A stretch of DNA of 64,000 bases, taken from contig NC_087437.1 of assembly GCF_036321535.1 (NCBI RefSeq), positions 121,708,001-121,772,000 of the forward strand, read 5' to 3'. Made by a program: the position numbers and the translations under genes. Within the stretch, counting starts at the first letter, position 1. Each line of letters starts with the position of its first letter. The notes below the pieces were generated by a model. That model had not been told where the DNA came from, made no database searches, and worked only from the letters and a program-made list of their open reading frames with translations. Positions 46,668 to 59,219 of the stretch are shown here, in pieces. Source of the stretch: Camelus dromedarius. Lineage: Eukaryota.

Positions 46668-48870
46668 ACTTTTAAAGAAGAGTTTATTTTTTTAAAAGCA
46701 GATTTGGGCTCACAGCAAACTTGAGGGCAAGGTACAGAGAGTGCCCGAACCCCTCCTGCCCGCCGCCACCAGCAGCCCCGCCAGACGGGCCTTCGTGGCT
46801 GTTGGAGAAGCTGCAGTGGCGCGGCGTTGCCCAGAGCCCATGGTTCACACCAGGGCTCACTCCTGACGCTGTACGCTCTGCGGGTTTGACAGATGTGCCG
46901 TGACATGTGGCCACCGTGAGTGCCACGCACAGTGTTCTCACCGCTCTGCAGACCCTCGGTGCCCCACCTGCTCTTCCCTCCCCCGCCCCAATTCCTGGAG
47001 ACCACTGTTTCTTTTTTCACTCTCTCATAGTTCTGCCTTTTCCAGAGTGTTGTAAAGTTGGAATCATGTCGTTTGTAGTCTATTCAGACTGGCTTCTTTC
47101 TTAGTAATGTCTTCTTGACTTAATCCCTTCTTTTTCGGTGCTGAATAGCATTCCACTGTCTGGATGGACCACAGTTTATTTATCCGTTCACCTACTGAGG
47201 AAAAGACATCTTGGTTGCTTCCAAGTTTTGTCAAATTAAGTTGCTAGAAATGTCTGTGTGCCGGTTTTCATGCACGACTCCTTTGGGGAAACACCCAGGA
47301 GCCTGGTTGCTGGGTCCTACGGTCAGAGTGCGCTTAGCTTTGTAAGAAGCTCCCAGCTGTCTTCCAAAGCGGCTGCACGGTGCTGCGTTCCCACCGGCAG
47401 GGCCTGGGGGTTCCTGTGGCTCCCCGTCCTCACCAGCACTGGGTGTTGTCGGCGTCTGGCTTTTGGCCCTTCTACGAGGTGGGTCGTGGTAACTCATTTT
47501 TTTAATTTGCATTTCCCGGCGACGTCGGACGTGGAGCACCTTTCCGTGCGTTTATTTGCGTCCAGCGGTCTTTGATGAGGCGTCTGTTCAGATCTTCTGC
47601 CCACTTTTAATTGGGCTCCTCACTTCCTTATTTTAAAGTTTTAAGTGTCCTTTATGCATTTGGCTTAACAGTCCTTTATCTAACCGGTGTTTGGCAAATA
47701 TTTTCTCCCAGCCTGTGATTTGTCTTTTCATCCTCCTCAGTGTCCTCTGGAGAACAGAGGCTTTTCCTTTTAAGGAAGCCTCGCATGTCAGCCCTGTTGT
47801 GAGTCGTGTCTGTGACGTTGTCTAAAACGTCGCTGCCGAACCCCAGGTCATCCACGGCTTCTCCCCGTTACCTACCAGGAGCTGTACAGTTTTGCATTTT
47901 ACATTTGGGCCTGTGACCCACTGTGAGTTAATTTTTGTGAAGGGTGGGAGGTCTGTGTCTGGATTCATTGCTTTTTCTGCACGTAGTGTCCAGTTGTTCC
48001 AGCACCACTGGTTGAAAAGCCAGTCTTTTCCGCGTTGTATTGCCTTTGCTTCTTTAGGAAAGATTAGCTAGTTGTGTTCCAGTGGGTCTGTTTCTGGGCT
48101 CTCTGTTCTGTTCCACTCGTCTGTTCGCCTGTTCCTTTAGCAGCACCGCATGGACGACACTGAGTCCTGTTCGTGAACGTGGGACCCCTCCGCATCCCTG
48201 TAGTTCTTTGGTTTGCTCATCAGTCCCGCAGGTTTCCTCGTGCAGCTCTTGTGCAGGCGGCTGTTGTATTTACACCCACTGTAGGTGGAAGCAAGCATGT
48301 CATCGTGGGGCTGCTGGGGTAAGTGGCGTGTGTGTCTGGCTTCATCGCTGGTTTGTAGGGAAATGCTTGGCTTTGTACAGTCACCTCGTGCCCCACGACC
48401 CCCCGTCATCGCTCATCCAGGAGTGTTTTCTAGGCCATCATTTTGGAGTTTCTCCATTTGGGTTTTCATGTCGTCTACAAACTATTTGTTTTATTTCTTC
48501 CTTCACAATCTGTGTGCTTTCCTTCCCTTTTCTTGTCTCAACGATGGTTAGAACTCCAGCAGGATGTTGAAAGGACGCAGTGGGAGGGCCGCCTTGCTTC
48601 TTGTACCTGGTTTCGGCGGGAGAGCGTCAAGCTTCTCACCATGAAGTATGGTGCCAGCTGCAGGTGTTTTGTAGACAGCCTCCATTCCTAGCTTACTGAG
48701 AGCGTTCATCATAATGGATGCTGGAGTTTATACAGTCTTTTTTCTGCGTCTAGTGCTATGACCGTGTGGTTTTTCTTCTTTAGCCTGTTGATGTGACGAC
48801 GGGAATCGATCGTCAAATGCTGAACCAGCCTTGTGGACCCGGGCTCAAGCCCCCCCGGTTGTGGCTGGCC
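46668..48870 (-). mobile_element. Old L1 (L1MB/MC-like) 3' UTR plus internally deleted ORF2
   Basis: aaagcagatttgggctcacagcaaacttgag...ttggaatcat...tggatggaccacagtttatt...gttaatttttgtgaaggg...cagcaccactggttgaaaag...gaaccagccttg. Confidence 0.88.
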
Positions 48871-50534
48871 TGTTTGCTGAAAGGAGACTGTCTTCAGCGA
48901 GGCACGCCCCGACTCCGTGGTCTGGGGGCTGCGCCTCCGGCAGAGCCGTTGCCAGGCTGGCGGGCGGGGGGCCCACGGCCCCGCTCTGGATGCCTGTAAC
49001 CGGAGGGTGGACCGGTGATCTTAGGGACGCGGCATTCGGTCGCTTACTCCCGAAGGGAACCATGAAGAATTTTGTGTAGCGGAAACCGGAGAACTTGGGA
49101 GAGGAGCTGCTCAGGCCTCTCTGGGGTCCCTGGGGCTGCCCCTGGAATGCGCTGTTGTCTTCCAGCCCAGGATGTCAGCGGCTGCTGCGTCTCGTGTTCT
49201 TAATTGATTTGGAAAAGTGCAGGCTGCCTGGGAGGAAGGGCGGTGCTGAGGCACATCCAGGTTTAACTCTGGGGATAGCTGAGTCGGGACGCCAGGGCCA
49301 CTGGCACCCAGGCTGGCGACAGTCCTGTTTCCAGATCTCAGAGCCTCTCCTGGGCGGCCACCTGGGCCCTGGGCCCTCCTTACGCAAAGGGACCCAAAGC
49401 AGCCAGCATCTTGGTGGACGGCCGGGGCTCTGAAGGCGGGGTCAGCACCTGTCCCCTCTGCTCTGTCCCGGGAGGGACCAGACCCGCCTGACCCCACACT
49501 CGGGACCCGGCTCCGGGTGCCCACTGACACTGACGCGTGCTGACACACTGACACCGTCGCGTACATTCACATTCGGGCTCAGCCGAGCCTTCCTCAGGAC
49601 AGCCACACGCCAGCAGCCGCTTCCCAGGAGGGCATCTCCCCGTGTGCCCGCCTCCAAGGTTGTGGGTGAGGTCCTCTGAGGAGAGGCCTCTGTGGGGCCC
49701 GTGGCCAGACCACGCCCCAAATCACAGCTCTGCCTGGCAGCACAGGTATTCAGGGAGGGCGCTGGTGGGCAGGCCTCTCCCTGAGTTGGGTTTATCCCTC
49801 TCCTGTGTCTGGCAGTGGCCTCAGCCCCAGACAGGGAGGTAGGCCCCGTCCTCCCCCCCAACCTTGGACACCCCTGGTCCCAGAGATCGTCAGAACCCCC
49901 AGGATGTCGATGCAGGCTGCTAGTGGCCCCTGCACGCCTAGGAAGCAGCCCACCCTGTGCTGCACCCACGGCTCAGCCAGGTCCAGGCGCTCGGTCAGCT
50001 TGGGCACCATAGCCGAGCCTGGGCCCACACTGCGGAGGGGGCGCCTATGGTGGGGGCCCCAGGACTCTGATGACCAAGGAGGAGGGGGAGGAGAGCCCAT
50101 CGGGTATTGGAGAGGGAGGATGGGGCCGGGAGTGTGAGCAGTTGGTTACGGGGAAAGCGGGGCCCTCCTGGGTCACCCATCATGCAGCCCCATCTGGTCA
50201 GGTGGCCGTGGCATCCGCTGTGGGCGGAGGCAGCGAGGAGCCCCACCTCCCAGGAGCCTTGTGAGGCAGCCGCTGCCGGGTAAAACCCCCCCAGACTGGG
50301 GGCTTGGGTGGGGTCTGCTGTGACGAGTGTGAGCAGACAAGGAAGACATGGGCTAAACAGGGCCCCTAGAACCGCAGCCCCGCTCACCACCTCCCTTCCT
50401 GGGGGTTTTGTTCATTTGGGGCTGTTGCTAGTGTAGACACAGCTCAGGGCACATCCTGTGTGCAGTCTCTCTGGGGTGTGGTGGGGTTGGGGTGGGCGGG
50501 GGTGCGGGGACCAGTGCCCGGGGCATTTCTCCTA

Positions 50535-50730
50535 GGGGTCCCAGCATGGGGATGGGGGCGGGGTCCGAGCATGGGGGTGGGGGCGGGGTCCGAGCACGGA
50601 ATGGGGGCGGGGTCCCAGCATGGGGATGGGGGCGGGGTCCGAGCATGGGGATGGGGGCGAGGTCTGAGCACGGAATGGGGGCGGGGTCCCAGCATGGGAT
50701 AGGGGCGGCGTCCAAGCACGAGTGTGGGGT
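50535..50730 (+). repeat. G-rich 24-25-bp minisatellite (~8 units) with a 74-bp higher-order period
   Basis: Units ggggtcc(c/g)agca(tgggg/cgga)atgggggc of 25, 25, 24, 25, 25, 24, 24 nt. Confidence 0.93.
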
Positions 50731-51075
50731 TGCAGCAAGAGGATGGGAGTGAGGCGTGGGTCTGAATGTGGGGTGTGCGTGGGTTCCTTGTGCTAATGGG
50801 GTCGGGTCGCTGAGCTGGCCTGGCCTGCCGCTGCGCTTCCCACCGCGCTGGTTTCCGAGGATCTGCTGTACCCCACGTGCGGCCTTGAGCCGGTGCGGGA
50901 GGGCGCGGGGCTCAAGGCAGCCGTATCCTTGCACAGCGCCTGGATGGACGCGGGTTGTGGGGAGCCGCTGAGTCCCTGCCGGCGCTGCAGGGGAGCAGGA
51001 CGGTGCTGGCGGGAGGGCAGCCCGCCTCGGTTTCCGCCGTGGCGCGCGGCCTCACTGGTGTCTTTCTCTCCGCAG

Positions 51076-51620
51076 ACAGGGAAGGCTTCGAGGTGGGGCT
51101 CCAGCAGCTGCTCGGGGAGCCCCCGCCCCGGCAGGTCGCCCTGGTGCACGACCCCGACGTGGGGCCCGCCTACGAGTTCGGCCCGGAGAGCGGCGGCGGC
51201 CAGGCGGCCGAGAGCCTCCTGCCCGGCGCCTTGTTCCGCGACTTCTCGCTGCTGGCGCGCGTGCGGCCGGCCTCGGCGCGCGCGGGCGTGCTGTTCGCTG
51301 TCACCGACGCGGCGCAGGCGGTGGTCTCGGTGGGCGTCAAGCTGGCGGCGGCGCGCGGCGGGCAGCAGCAGGTGCAGCTGCTGTACACGGAGCCCGGCGC
51401 CGCCCGCACGCGCACGGCCGCCAGCTTCGCGCTGCCCGCGCTGGACGAGCGCTGGACGCGCCTGGCACTCAGCGTGGACGGCGCGCACGCCGCGCTCTTC
51501 GTGGACTGCGAGTTGGTCCAGCGCGAGCCCCTGGCGCGCTCCCTGCGCGGCCTGCAGCTGGAGCCCGGTGCCCGCGTCTTCGTGGCTCAGGCTGGCCGAG
51601 CGGACCCCGACAAGTTCCAG
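51076..51620 (+). CDS. COL18A1: COL18A1 exon 4 (TSPN/laminin-G-like domain)
   Basis: tctttctctccgcag| (D)REGFEVGLQQLLGEPPP...FRDFSLL...LLYTEPG...DPDKFQ |gtaatc; 545 nt, phase 1 to 0. Confidence 0.96.
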
Positions 51621-52949
51621 GTAATCGCGATGGCTATCCGCGCCCGGGGCAGGGGCTGGCGATGGGGACAAGGGCGGCTCCGGGGACAGGATGGAGTGAG
51701 CCTGCCTGTGGTCAGGGCCTGGGCCCTCAGGCCGCCCAGCTCCCACAGGTCTTTGGAAGGCAGCCATGCTAACCGCTCTGCCACTAGCGCAGGGTCTCCA
51801 CGGGTCTTGTACACCACTGATGCTCCCGCCTCTCTGTGCCCCAGCCAGCCCGAGTGGCCCCTTGGACCACCTTCTTAACTGGGTACCCACCCCTGCCACC
51901 ATCAGGAGCCCCACCCTGTGTGCGCATGTGTGTCTGAACGTGTGTGCAGCGTCCCGTGGGTTCCAGGCCCCACCCTGCACCATCACCGAGCGGGGGGCAG
52001 GGTCCAGGCTCAGCTTCAGATCGTGCACAGAGAAAAGTAAGAATTTCGGGTCAGCAGCAGCGGAGCACCGAGTGGGGGCCTTTCTGGGTCCGGCTCACGC
52101 CTGCCGGGCGGGCCCGGGGGTTCATGCCGCGCGGCGGCCTCAGTCGTGCTGATGATTATTTTTAGCCCAGCTGTGTGGTGCCCCATGGCCAGTGAGCCCC
52201 GGGACAGGCCTCCCCTTCAGAGCAGCATGGGCAGAATCTCCCCGCCAGTGACCGGCATGTGGCTGTCTCCACACTGTCCCCAGGGAGCCCCCTCCCCCTC
52301 AGCCTGGCCCTGCCTTCATTTAGGGGGCAGGCAGATCCCCGATCCTAGTGAAGTATTTCTCCTGGGCTCTCAGCCCCCACGCCTCTTGGAACCCTTCTCT
52401 GGAATCCCGCCTCCTGGAGGTCGCGCGTGGGCACCCTCAGCGGCGCTGATTCTCACGTCCTCAAGTTCCAACACTGCGGCCAGTCTGCAGCTGGCACGCC
52501 CCTGCCGGGCTGTCAGGACAGGGGTCCCTGTGTGTGCAAATGGGGGACGTCTGCCCGGGGACAGAAGGTTAATTATCGCCCAGACAAAGACTGCTTGGTC
52601 AGAGTTGTTCTAAACCCTGGGTGACGCGGTTCTGACAGTTGACCTTTCACCTTTGGCAGGAACTTTGCCCCATGGGGTCTGGGAGCCAGCAGGACTTTGG
52701 TACCAAACTGGGCCTCTTTGTGTTTCCATTTTGATCCTCAAACATGATAAGCTGGAGAAAAGGCAGAGAGCCCTGCTGTCTGGGCAGCGCTGTGTTTACT
52801 GGCGATTTGTTGTGAGATTTCCCAGCCTCTTTGAGGTGGAAAATGCCCCATGGGATCTGTGTGTCTTTCACAGGAAAGGGGGGATGGGGCGCCTGCCTCA
52901 CGGCGCTGACAGGTCACCCCACCATGCAGCGAGGACACCCAGTGTGCCT

Positions 52950-53325
52950 CTGCTCTCGGCTGTGCCAGGCTGGTGTCATCTGTACAAAGCACATTTGCCA
53001 GAGGAAGTGCAGGCTCTCCTGTCTGCGTGCTCTAGCTTGCATCTCTCGGTTGTCAGTGAAGGCAGACTTTACTACTTCATGTGTTTACTGGCTATTTGTA
53101 TTTCTTCCTCTGTGACTGGCCTGTTTATTACATTCTGTGTGTGTTTGTTTTAATGGGTTCGGTTTCTTATTGGTTTGTATGAACTCTTTACGTATGAAAG
53201 ACACTGATCGTTTGTTTTTCACGCTTGCTGCAAATTTTATTTCCCAGTTTTTCATTTGCTTTTTCACCTTGTCTTTTTTTTTTTTTAACCATTGGGACAT
53301 TTTAAGTGTCTATGTGGTTAAATCC
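52950..53325 (-). mobile_element. Highly degraded L1 (L1ME-like) fragment
   Basis: ttcatgtgtttactggctatttgtatttcttcctctgtga...ttgtatgaactcttta...ttgctgcaaatttt. Confidence 0.6.
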
Positions 53326-54006
53326 GGCCTGGAGAAGACACCCAGAAAAACTGCTGAAGGTTAGGGAGAGAAGCAGAGGCCTGCCAGGCCCGTCTGTCTG
53401 ACTCCAGCTGGGCCCCCGTGGGTGCTGCTGCACATTTCACGTGTGCCACTCCCAGCCGTGTGGCCGGGCTCCTCACGGCCCCGCACACTCATGCTTCAGA
53501 ACCCCTGTGGGTGTTCGGTCAGACTGCGGCCAGGTGGGAGGAGAACCATGTTGTCTCCGAGGTGGGGGTCCGGGACGATGTGGGTTTAGCACAAGGCTGG
53601 TCTGCCTTTCTGAGGCGAGGCTCTTGGGAGAGAGTCGCTCCCATGTGTGGTTTGTAAGCCTTGGCAGAGATGAGTGGCGAGCCCATCGCCCGCCCCACCA
53701 CCCGGCCCGCAGCCCGGTCCTCAGCCCGCCCACCTCCTGGCCCGCCGCCCACCCACCGCCCGGCCCCACAGCCCAGCTCGCAGCCCACCCGCAGCCCACC
53801 CGCAGCCCAGCGCCGGTCCCCACGTCCCTGCAGGTCCTTTGTGTTCTGCCACCAGAACAACGTCTTCGCGACCTTGTTCAAGGTTCATTCTTTTTCTTGA
53901 GTCAGTTTGGTAAGAAGTGTCTGTTGGGAAATCCCTAATTCCACCCAGTCATTGCAACATTTTGCTCAGAACATTGCTTCCAACTCTTCAGTGGTCAGCC
54001 ACCTCC

Positions 54007-54026
54007 TTTTTTTTTTTTTTTTTTTT
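54007..54026. repeat. Poly-T homopolymer (T20)
   Basis: Read directly. Confidence 0.9.
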
Positions 54027-56427
54027 ACTTTTTCACGTACTCTGTAGTTCAATTTTTTTGACTTGATTCTCTTTCTTGAAAGTGTCCCTGTTTCCTCTTT
54101 CTTGTTTACTTTTCTTGACATGGAACTACCTTCCTCTTTACCCAGGTTCTGTTTGGTTCAGTTGTCTGTTTATTGAGACCCCTTGGGACCCCCGTCCTGG
54201 GCCAGGGGCAGGAAGGCGCTTGGGGACGAGAGTCGTGGCCTGGCCTTCCGGGGCCTGCACTGCGGCCGTGCGCCTCGCCGTGACCGCGCACTGCTTTGTT
54301 CTGTCACGAGGGTGCTGGAGGCTACGAGTTTTCCTTAGCAGGTGGCTTTGTTGGCCACGTTCTGTAAGAAGTGAGCCATTGGACCCCTGAAGCCAAGAGG
54401 GTGCCCACCAGCCGCGCTGGGTTTGGGCAGTTTCGGTGCCGGGATGGTCGTGTGGAGCAGGCAGGGAAAGTGCCAGCCCCCTCTGACCCGCCCCCAGACC
54501 TCCCTCTGTGGCCCCCAAGTCCAGCCACGGCAGACCTGCTGTTCCTGACTGAGGGGCAGCTCGGGGCACTAAGGTCCCTGTCCCTGGCGCTCTCGGCCAC
54601 CTGGAGCCGCACGTACCAGTAGTGTAACCTGGTCACAGTGCTGCAGCATTTGTGTAATTTCCTGACTTAATGGGACGGAGGAATGGGGGGAAAGGTGCTT
54701 GTAAGAGTTTCACGCAAATCGTCGAGGCTGGTACAGGAAGTGTAAAGGAGATGGGACAGTGACAGTGTGGCCCACAGCTGGGGTAGGGCCAACCCGGGGG
54801 TCAGCCAGCAGAGGAGGGAGGAGCAAGGTGGGCCCAGGAGTGCAGCAGCTCCCACCCAGGACACAGCCCTTCCAGACGGAGCAGGAGGGGTGGGTCGGAG
54901 GTCCCCAGAGCCGAGGTCCCTGGGAGGTGGCCCCAACACCAGTGACCAGAGATGGGCTTTCTCAGGCTCTGATCGTCTGCACACAACTTTTAAGACCAGT
55001 CGCCCTAGCAGGGCAGTGACGGGACATATTTCAAACGGTCTGGATTTCATAACATCTGGTTCCAAGTCCGTCAGTGTTTGCAAGGGGCCAAGGGCCCTCG
55101 TGGCCTTTGTGCACCTGGCATCTCCCCAGCTCACTGTGTCCTCGGGAGACCTCCGGCTGCACAGGCAGGCTGTGTTGGGGGCCGGAGCCCTGCTGGCCTG
55201 CGTTTGCAGTGGGCCTGGCCTGCCGGAAGTTCAGAGCCTCATGGACAGTGTCTGTGTGGGGACTCATGCACAGATGTTGGGCACCCTGACCCCCACCTGC
55301 TAGGAGCCTCGTGCCCTCCACCCGTCACGGCCACAGACCAGGTGCCCCCAGGGGAGCTTCAGAGTGTGGCTTTCTAGAACTTCAGTATCTGGCCCCTCGG
55401 GACTTCCCTGGGGTTCTCAGGCCTGGTAACTGTCACCTGGGGCCGCCCTGCTCCTCTTTCAGTACAGCTGGGTGGGCTGAGAATTTGCATCCCAAGCATG
55501 AAGCGAGTGCTGACCCACCTGAGCCCAGAGGCCACCCTCGTTCTTCAGTCTGGTGTGGCCTGCGCTCCCCGTGGGCGGGGGCGCTCCTGGAGCCTGGACG
55601 GTGGGGGGGAGGGTGCTGCCCACACAGGAGGGCGGGGGCTTGACTGCAGGACTCCCGCTCCGGGCCTGCAGCTCCCCACACGTGTGCTCGCGCACACGCA
55701 CACTTACGTGCTCTCCCACGCACACCCTCCACACGCTCTCCGTGGTGGTCGGAGCATCCCAGGGTTCCAGGGAGGAAGGACACATACCCGTCGAACAAGG
55801 CAGCCACTGCCCTTGGCCGAATCCCCTCCTCGTGGCTGGGGGCACTGCCCCTCTGCAGACCGGAGCTCCAGACCCGGGTGGCCTCTCCCACCTGCAGCCG
55901 GGCTTCTGGCCCCGGGGTCTACCCGGGGCCCAGGGGCCCCCGTGCCTGCTGGATGCTCTCTCAGCACCCACCCAAAGCGGTCCTTCGGGTTAGAAGGAGC
56001 CTGGGGGAGGCCAGGATGGAGCTACGTCTGGCGGGGCATGAGCGTACGAGAGGGACCTGCCAGGCAGGCTAGGCTCTGGACACAAGCGTCTGCGCTGGCC
56101 CAGGTGTAACAACAGGCTGGTCTCCCCCGACTCAGCGCGTCTACCTCCTGGCCTGCGGGGACACCATCCGCCCGCCCTGGTCTCACTGTCCTACCTGGGT
56201 GCACCGCACACCCCTAACACCTTCCCCTGCAACAAGACCACGGACGCCTGCAGCGCCGGGTCCTGGCACCAGCGCGGGGCTGGGAGCACGTGCCGCTGAC
56301 AGTGGTGACGAGGGAGTAGTGACGTCACTGCTGGAGTCGCCCTCAGATGGGCCCGGCTGCCAGCCGCCTGCACCCTGTGCCTCCTGCCCCCGGCCCCCTG
56401 GGGACCTTTCTCTCCCTCTGCGTTCAG

Positions 56428-56523
56428 GGGCTGATCTCAGAGCTGCGGGTGCGCGGAGACCCCCAAGTGAGACCCTTGCACTGCCCGGAGGACGGGGACG
56501 ACCGGGACGACGCGGACGATGGG
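56428..56523 (+). CDS. COL18A1: COL18A1 exon 5
   Basis: cgttcag| GLISELRVRGDPQVRPLHCPEDGDDRDDADDG |gtgagt; 96 nt, phase 0/0. Confidence 0.93.
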
Positions 56524-57299
56524 GTGAGTGGCCCTACTGCAGTCGAGCAGGGCTCCCTGCCCTGGGGGGGACACAGCTGGGGGTGGGGCCTTTCCTGGAA
56601 CCCCAGGGTGATGGGACTGGAAAGGCCTCCTTTGAAAGAGGCGTTCCAGGCCCGTGTAACCCGGGGTCAGGTTTCTATCTACCTTGTAACGTCAGAAAGA
56701 GCTTCCCTTGCTTGGAACTTCCCACTTAGAAGCACACACGGGACACAGAGTGAAGGTTAAGTTAGAACCACCCCTCAAACAGCCAGCGGGTGACACAGTC
56801 GGTAACAGACGTGTGAGTGAGTGTGCACGTGCGTGAGTGTGCGTGGGCACGTGTGCTGAGTGTAGTCACATGGGGCCTAAGGCGTGGAACACCCCGGCTC
56901 TCAGGTGTGCAGGACAGGTGAGGAGGAGGAAGGCCGTGTCCCCGGGGGACCTCAGATCTCAGCAGTGCCCCATGACCACAGCGTTAGGAACAGAGCGAGG
57001 CTGTCCAGCCACGTGCAGGGACCGGGCGGGACATGAGGGGTGCATCCCTCTGCAGGGCCTCTCCTCCCTGGCCGTGTCCCAGAACAGCGTCCCAGGAACA
57101 GGGTGACAAGAGAGGAAGGCGTTGCTCTGTGGCCCTGTGTGTCTGGCCAGGAGCCAGACTGGTCTCCAAGGGGCCACTCTGGTCCGTCTGATTGGCACGT
57201 GCCTTCCTGATGGCCCCCGAGACCCCGGCCTCCCTCCGTCCTGGGCTCCCGGGCCCTGCGAGGGGCTTTGGTCACCGGCTTGTCTCCTGAACCCTGCAG

Positions 57300-57359
57300 G
57301 TGTCCGGAGACTTCGGCAGCGGGCTCGAGGGGACCCGGGAGCGTCTCGGGGAGGAGGCG
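57300..57359 (+). CDS. COL18A1: COL18A1 exon 6 (Ser-Gly glycosaminoglycan-attachment-type motif)
   Basis: accctgcag| VSGDFGSGLEGTRERLGEEA |gtgagt; 60 nt. Confidence 0.93.
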
Positions 57360-59089
57360 GTGAGTGCTAGGAGGCCGAGACCGCCCTCCGGGCGCCCATG
57401 GAGCGCGGTCGGGCATGTGTGTGCGCACACGCGTGGGACTCCTGAGGGCTCCCTGCGTCACGAAGACAAACCCCCGGCTGGAAGCCAGCTGGGAGCTCGG
57501 CCTCAGGCTGTCGAGGGTGCACCTTCTCGGCTGCTCGAGGGAACGTTCTTTGCCATCTGGTTTCTGGTCGGGACCTTCCTTGGGTGTCTGGGGTGACCTT
57601 GACCTGTGTTTGCATCTCTCGTTGGCTTGCGGGGCCGTAAGGGACTGACGGGCAGGAGGTGAGGGGTGGTCTGCTCTGCAGCTCACGCCCCCGGGACACA
57701 GGCAGGGCTGGGCATCTCGGGTACAACAGGGACGCCACCTCCTCCCGCTGGACAGCCGTGTTGCCCCCCCGCCCACCGCCCAGCACCCGGCTCATGTCGC
57801 CTCCTCCCAGGGCTTGGCCGTCGAGGGGCCGTGACGGGCCGGGTGCTGAGCTGCCCTGGGGCGGACAGTGGGCGGCCTCCACTCACCTGAGGAGAGGCTC
57901 CCTGGCCCTGCCATGGCCGGAGCAGCTCTCCGGGCAGCAGCGCTGGGGTGCTGGCTCTGGTGCCTGGCAGCCCCCTGCACGGCATCAGTGAGTGGTGCCC
58001 CCAGCGGCCCTGCCCTGGGTCTCGTGGCCAGCATGTCCTCAACCATTGCACCCAGGAGCCTCCGCACAGACTAGCACATCTGGACGCGGGGAACCACGGG
58101 GACGGTGGTGCCCAGCGATGCCGAGGAGTGAGGTGCTGCAGACACAGGGCCTCTCTTAGCAGACGGAGGAGGTCAGAGGCCAAGTGGGGTCCCTGTCACA
58201 CACCCCCAGCCTCCGCACCCTGACCTGCCAGCCATCCTTGGCCAGCTCCTGCTTCAGAAAACCTGGCAGAGGCTGCAGTGAGCGGGCTTCCTTCTCTGGG
58301 GTGTTGGCCTGGCTGACCAGCTGAAGGCCCCGGGGACCTTCGCTGAATCGGTGGGCTGTGGCTGTAGCGGGAAGGTTGGGTGTCCGGCTCTGGGAGCCCT
58401 CGGACGGCCTCACAGGGATGCTGGTTCCGAGCACCTAGACCCGCACTGTCTCCCAAGCAGTGTCGCCAGGGAGCCTGTGCCACAAGGGGAGCAGTGGTCG
58501 CAGAAGCACCTTCACTGCACAGAGGAATGTGCACCTGTGCCCACGTCCTCGAGGCTCCACGTGCCTCTGGGGACAGGGAAGCCAGTTTTCAGAGCAGAGC
58601 CGGCCTCATCCCCTCAGGTCGGGGGTGGGCAGAAGTCACCGCGTCATGGTCCTCACCAAGCACGTGTCGCGGCCACAGCTTCCCTTGTGCGGTGAATGCG
58701 GGCGGCTCCCTCCGTCTATGGGCGTCTGTGATGGAATGACCGTCTGCCCCTCACTGTCCAGACCACGGGCAGGAGCCAGGGTTCCTGAGGGTCTCTGAGG
58801 GGCCGGGTGGGGGGCGGGCTCGTCCATTCCTCCAGGTGCGCGGAGCTCAGGAGGTCACGGGGCGAGGACACCCCACCCCCATGAGCCTTTCAGAAGAACA
58901 CAGCTCTGGAAGGTGCTGGTCTCTTCTGTCTAAGGAGCAGTCTGATGGTTTCTTCTTCCCTTTCTTAAAATACGTGAATACTTCACTTTGTAATCAGATG
59001 CGTCTAAACCTGACGTTCTCACCAGGACGTGCCCTCACGGGCCACCCGCACCACTGAGCTACAGAGCTGTTCTCCCCTCTGTCCTGCAG

Positions 59090-59219
59090 GGCGTGCCCCT
59101 GGAACCCAGGCTCCCCGAGGCTCCCCCGGTCACTTCTCCACCCTTGGCTGGAGTTGGCAGCGAGGAAGAGACCAGAACTGACGAAATCGAGGAGGAAGCC
59201 ACGGCGTCTTGGTTAGGAG
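59090..59219 (+). CDS. COL18A1: COL18A1 exon 7
   Basis: gtcctgcag| GVPLEPRLPEAPPVTSPPLAGVGSEEETRTDEIEEEATASWLG |gtaaag; 130 nt, phase 0 to 1. Confidence 0.93.

Noticed and set aside
50535..50730. Repeat arrays here and at 11061-11196 as CRISPR-like
   Set aside because: No unique spacers, no cas genes, mammalian DNA; ordinary minisatellites.
51076..51079. Second AG 4 nt into exon 4 (cag|acag)
   Set aside because: Would shift the frame; nothing suggests it is used.
50793..52028. 411-aa minus-strand ORF over exon 4
   Set aside because: Shadow of a very high-GC3 exon.
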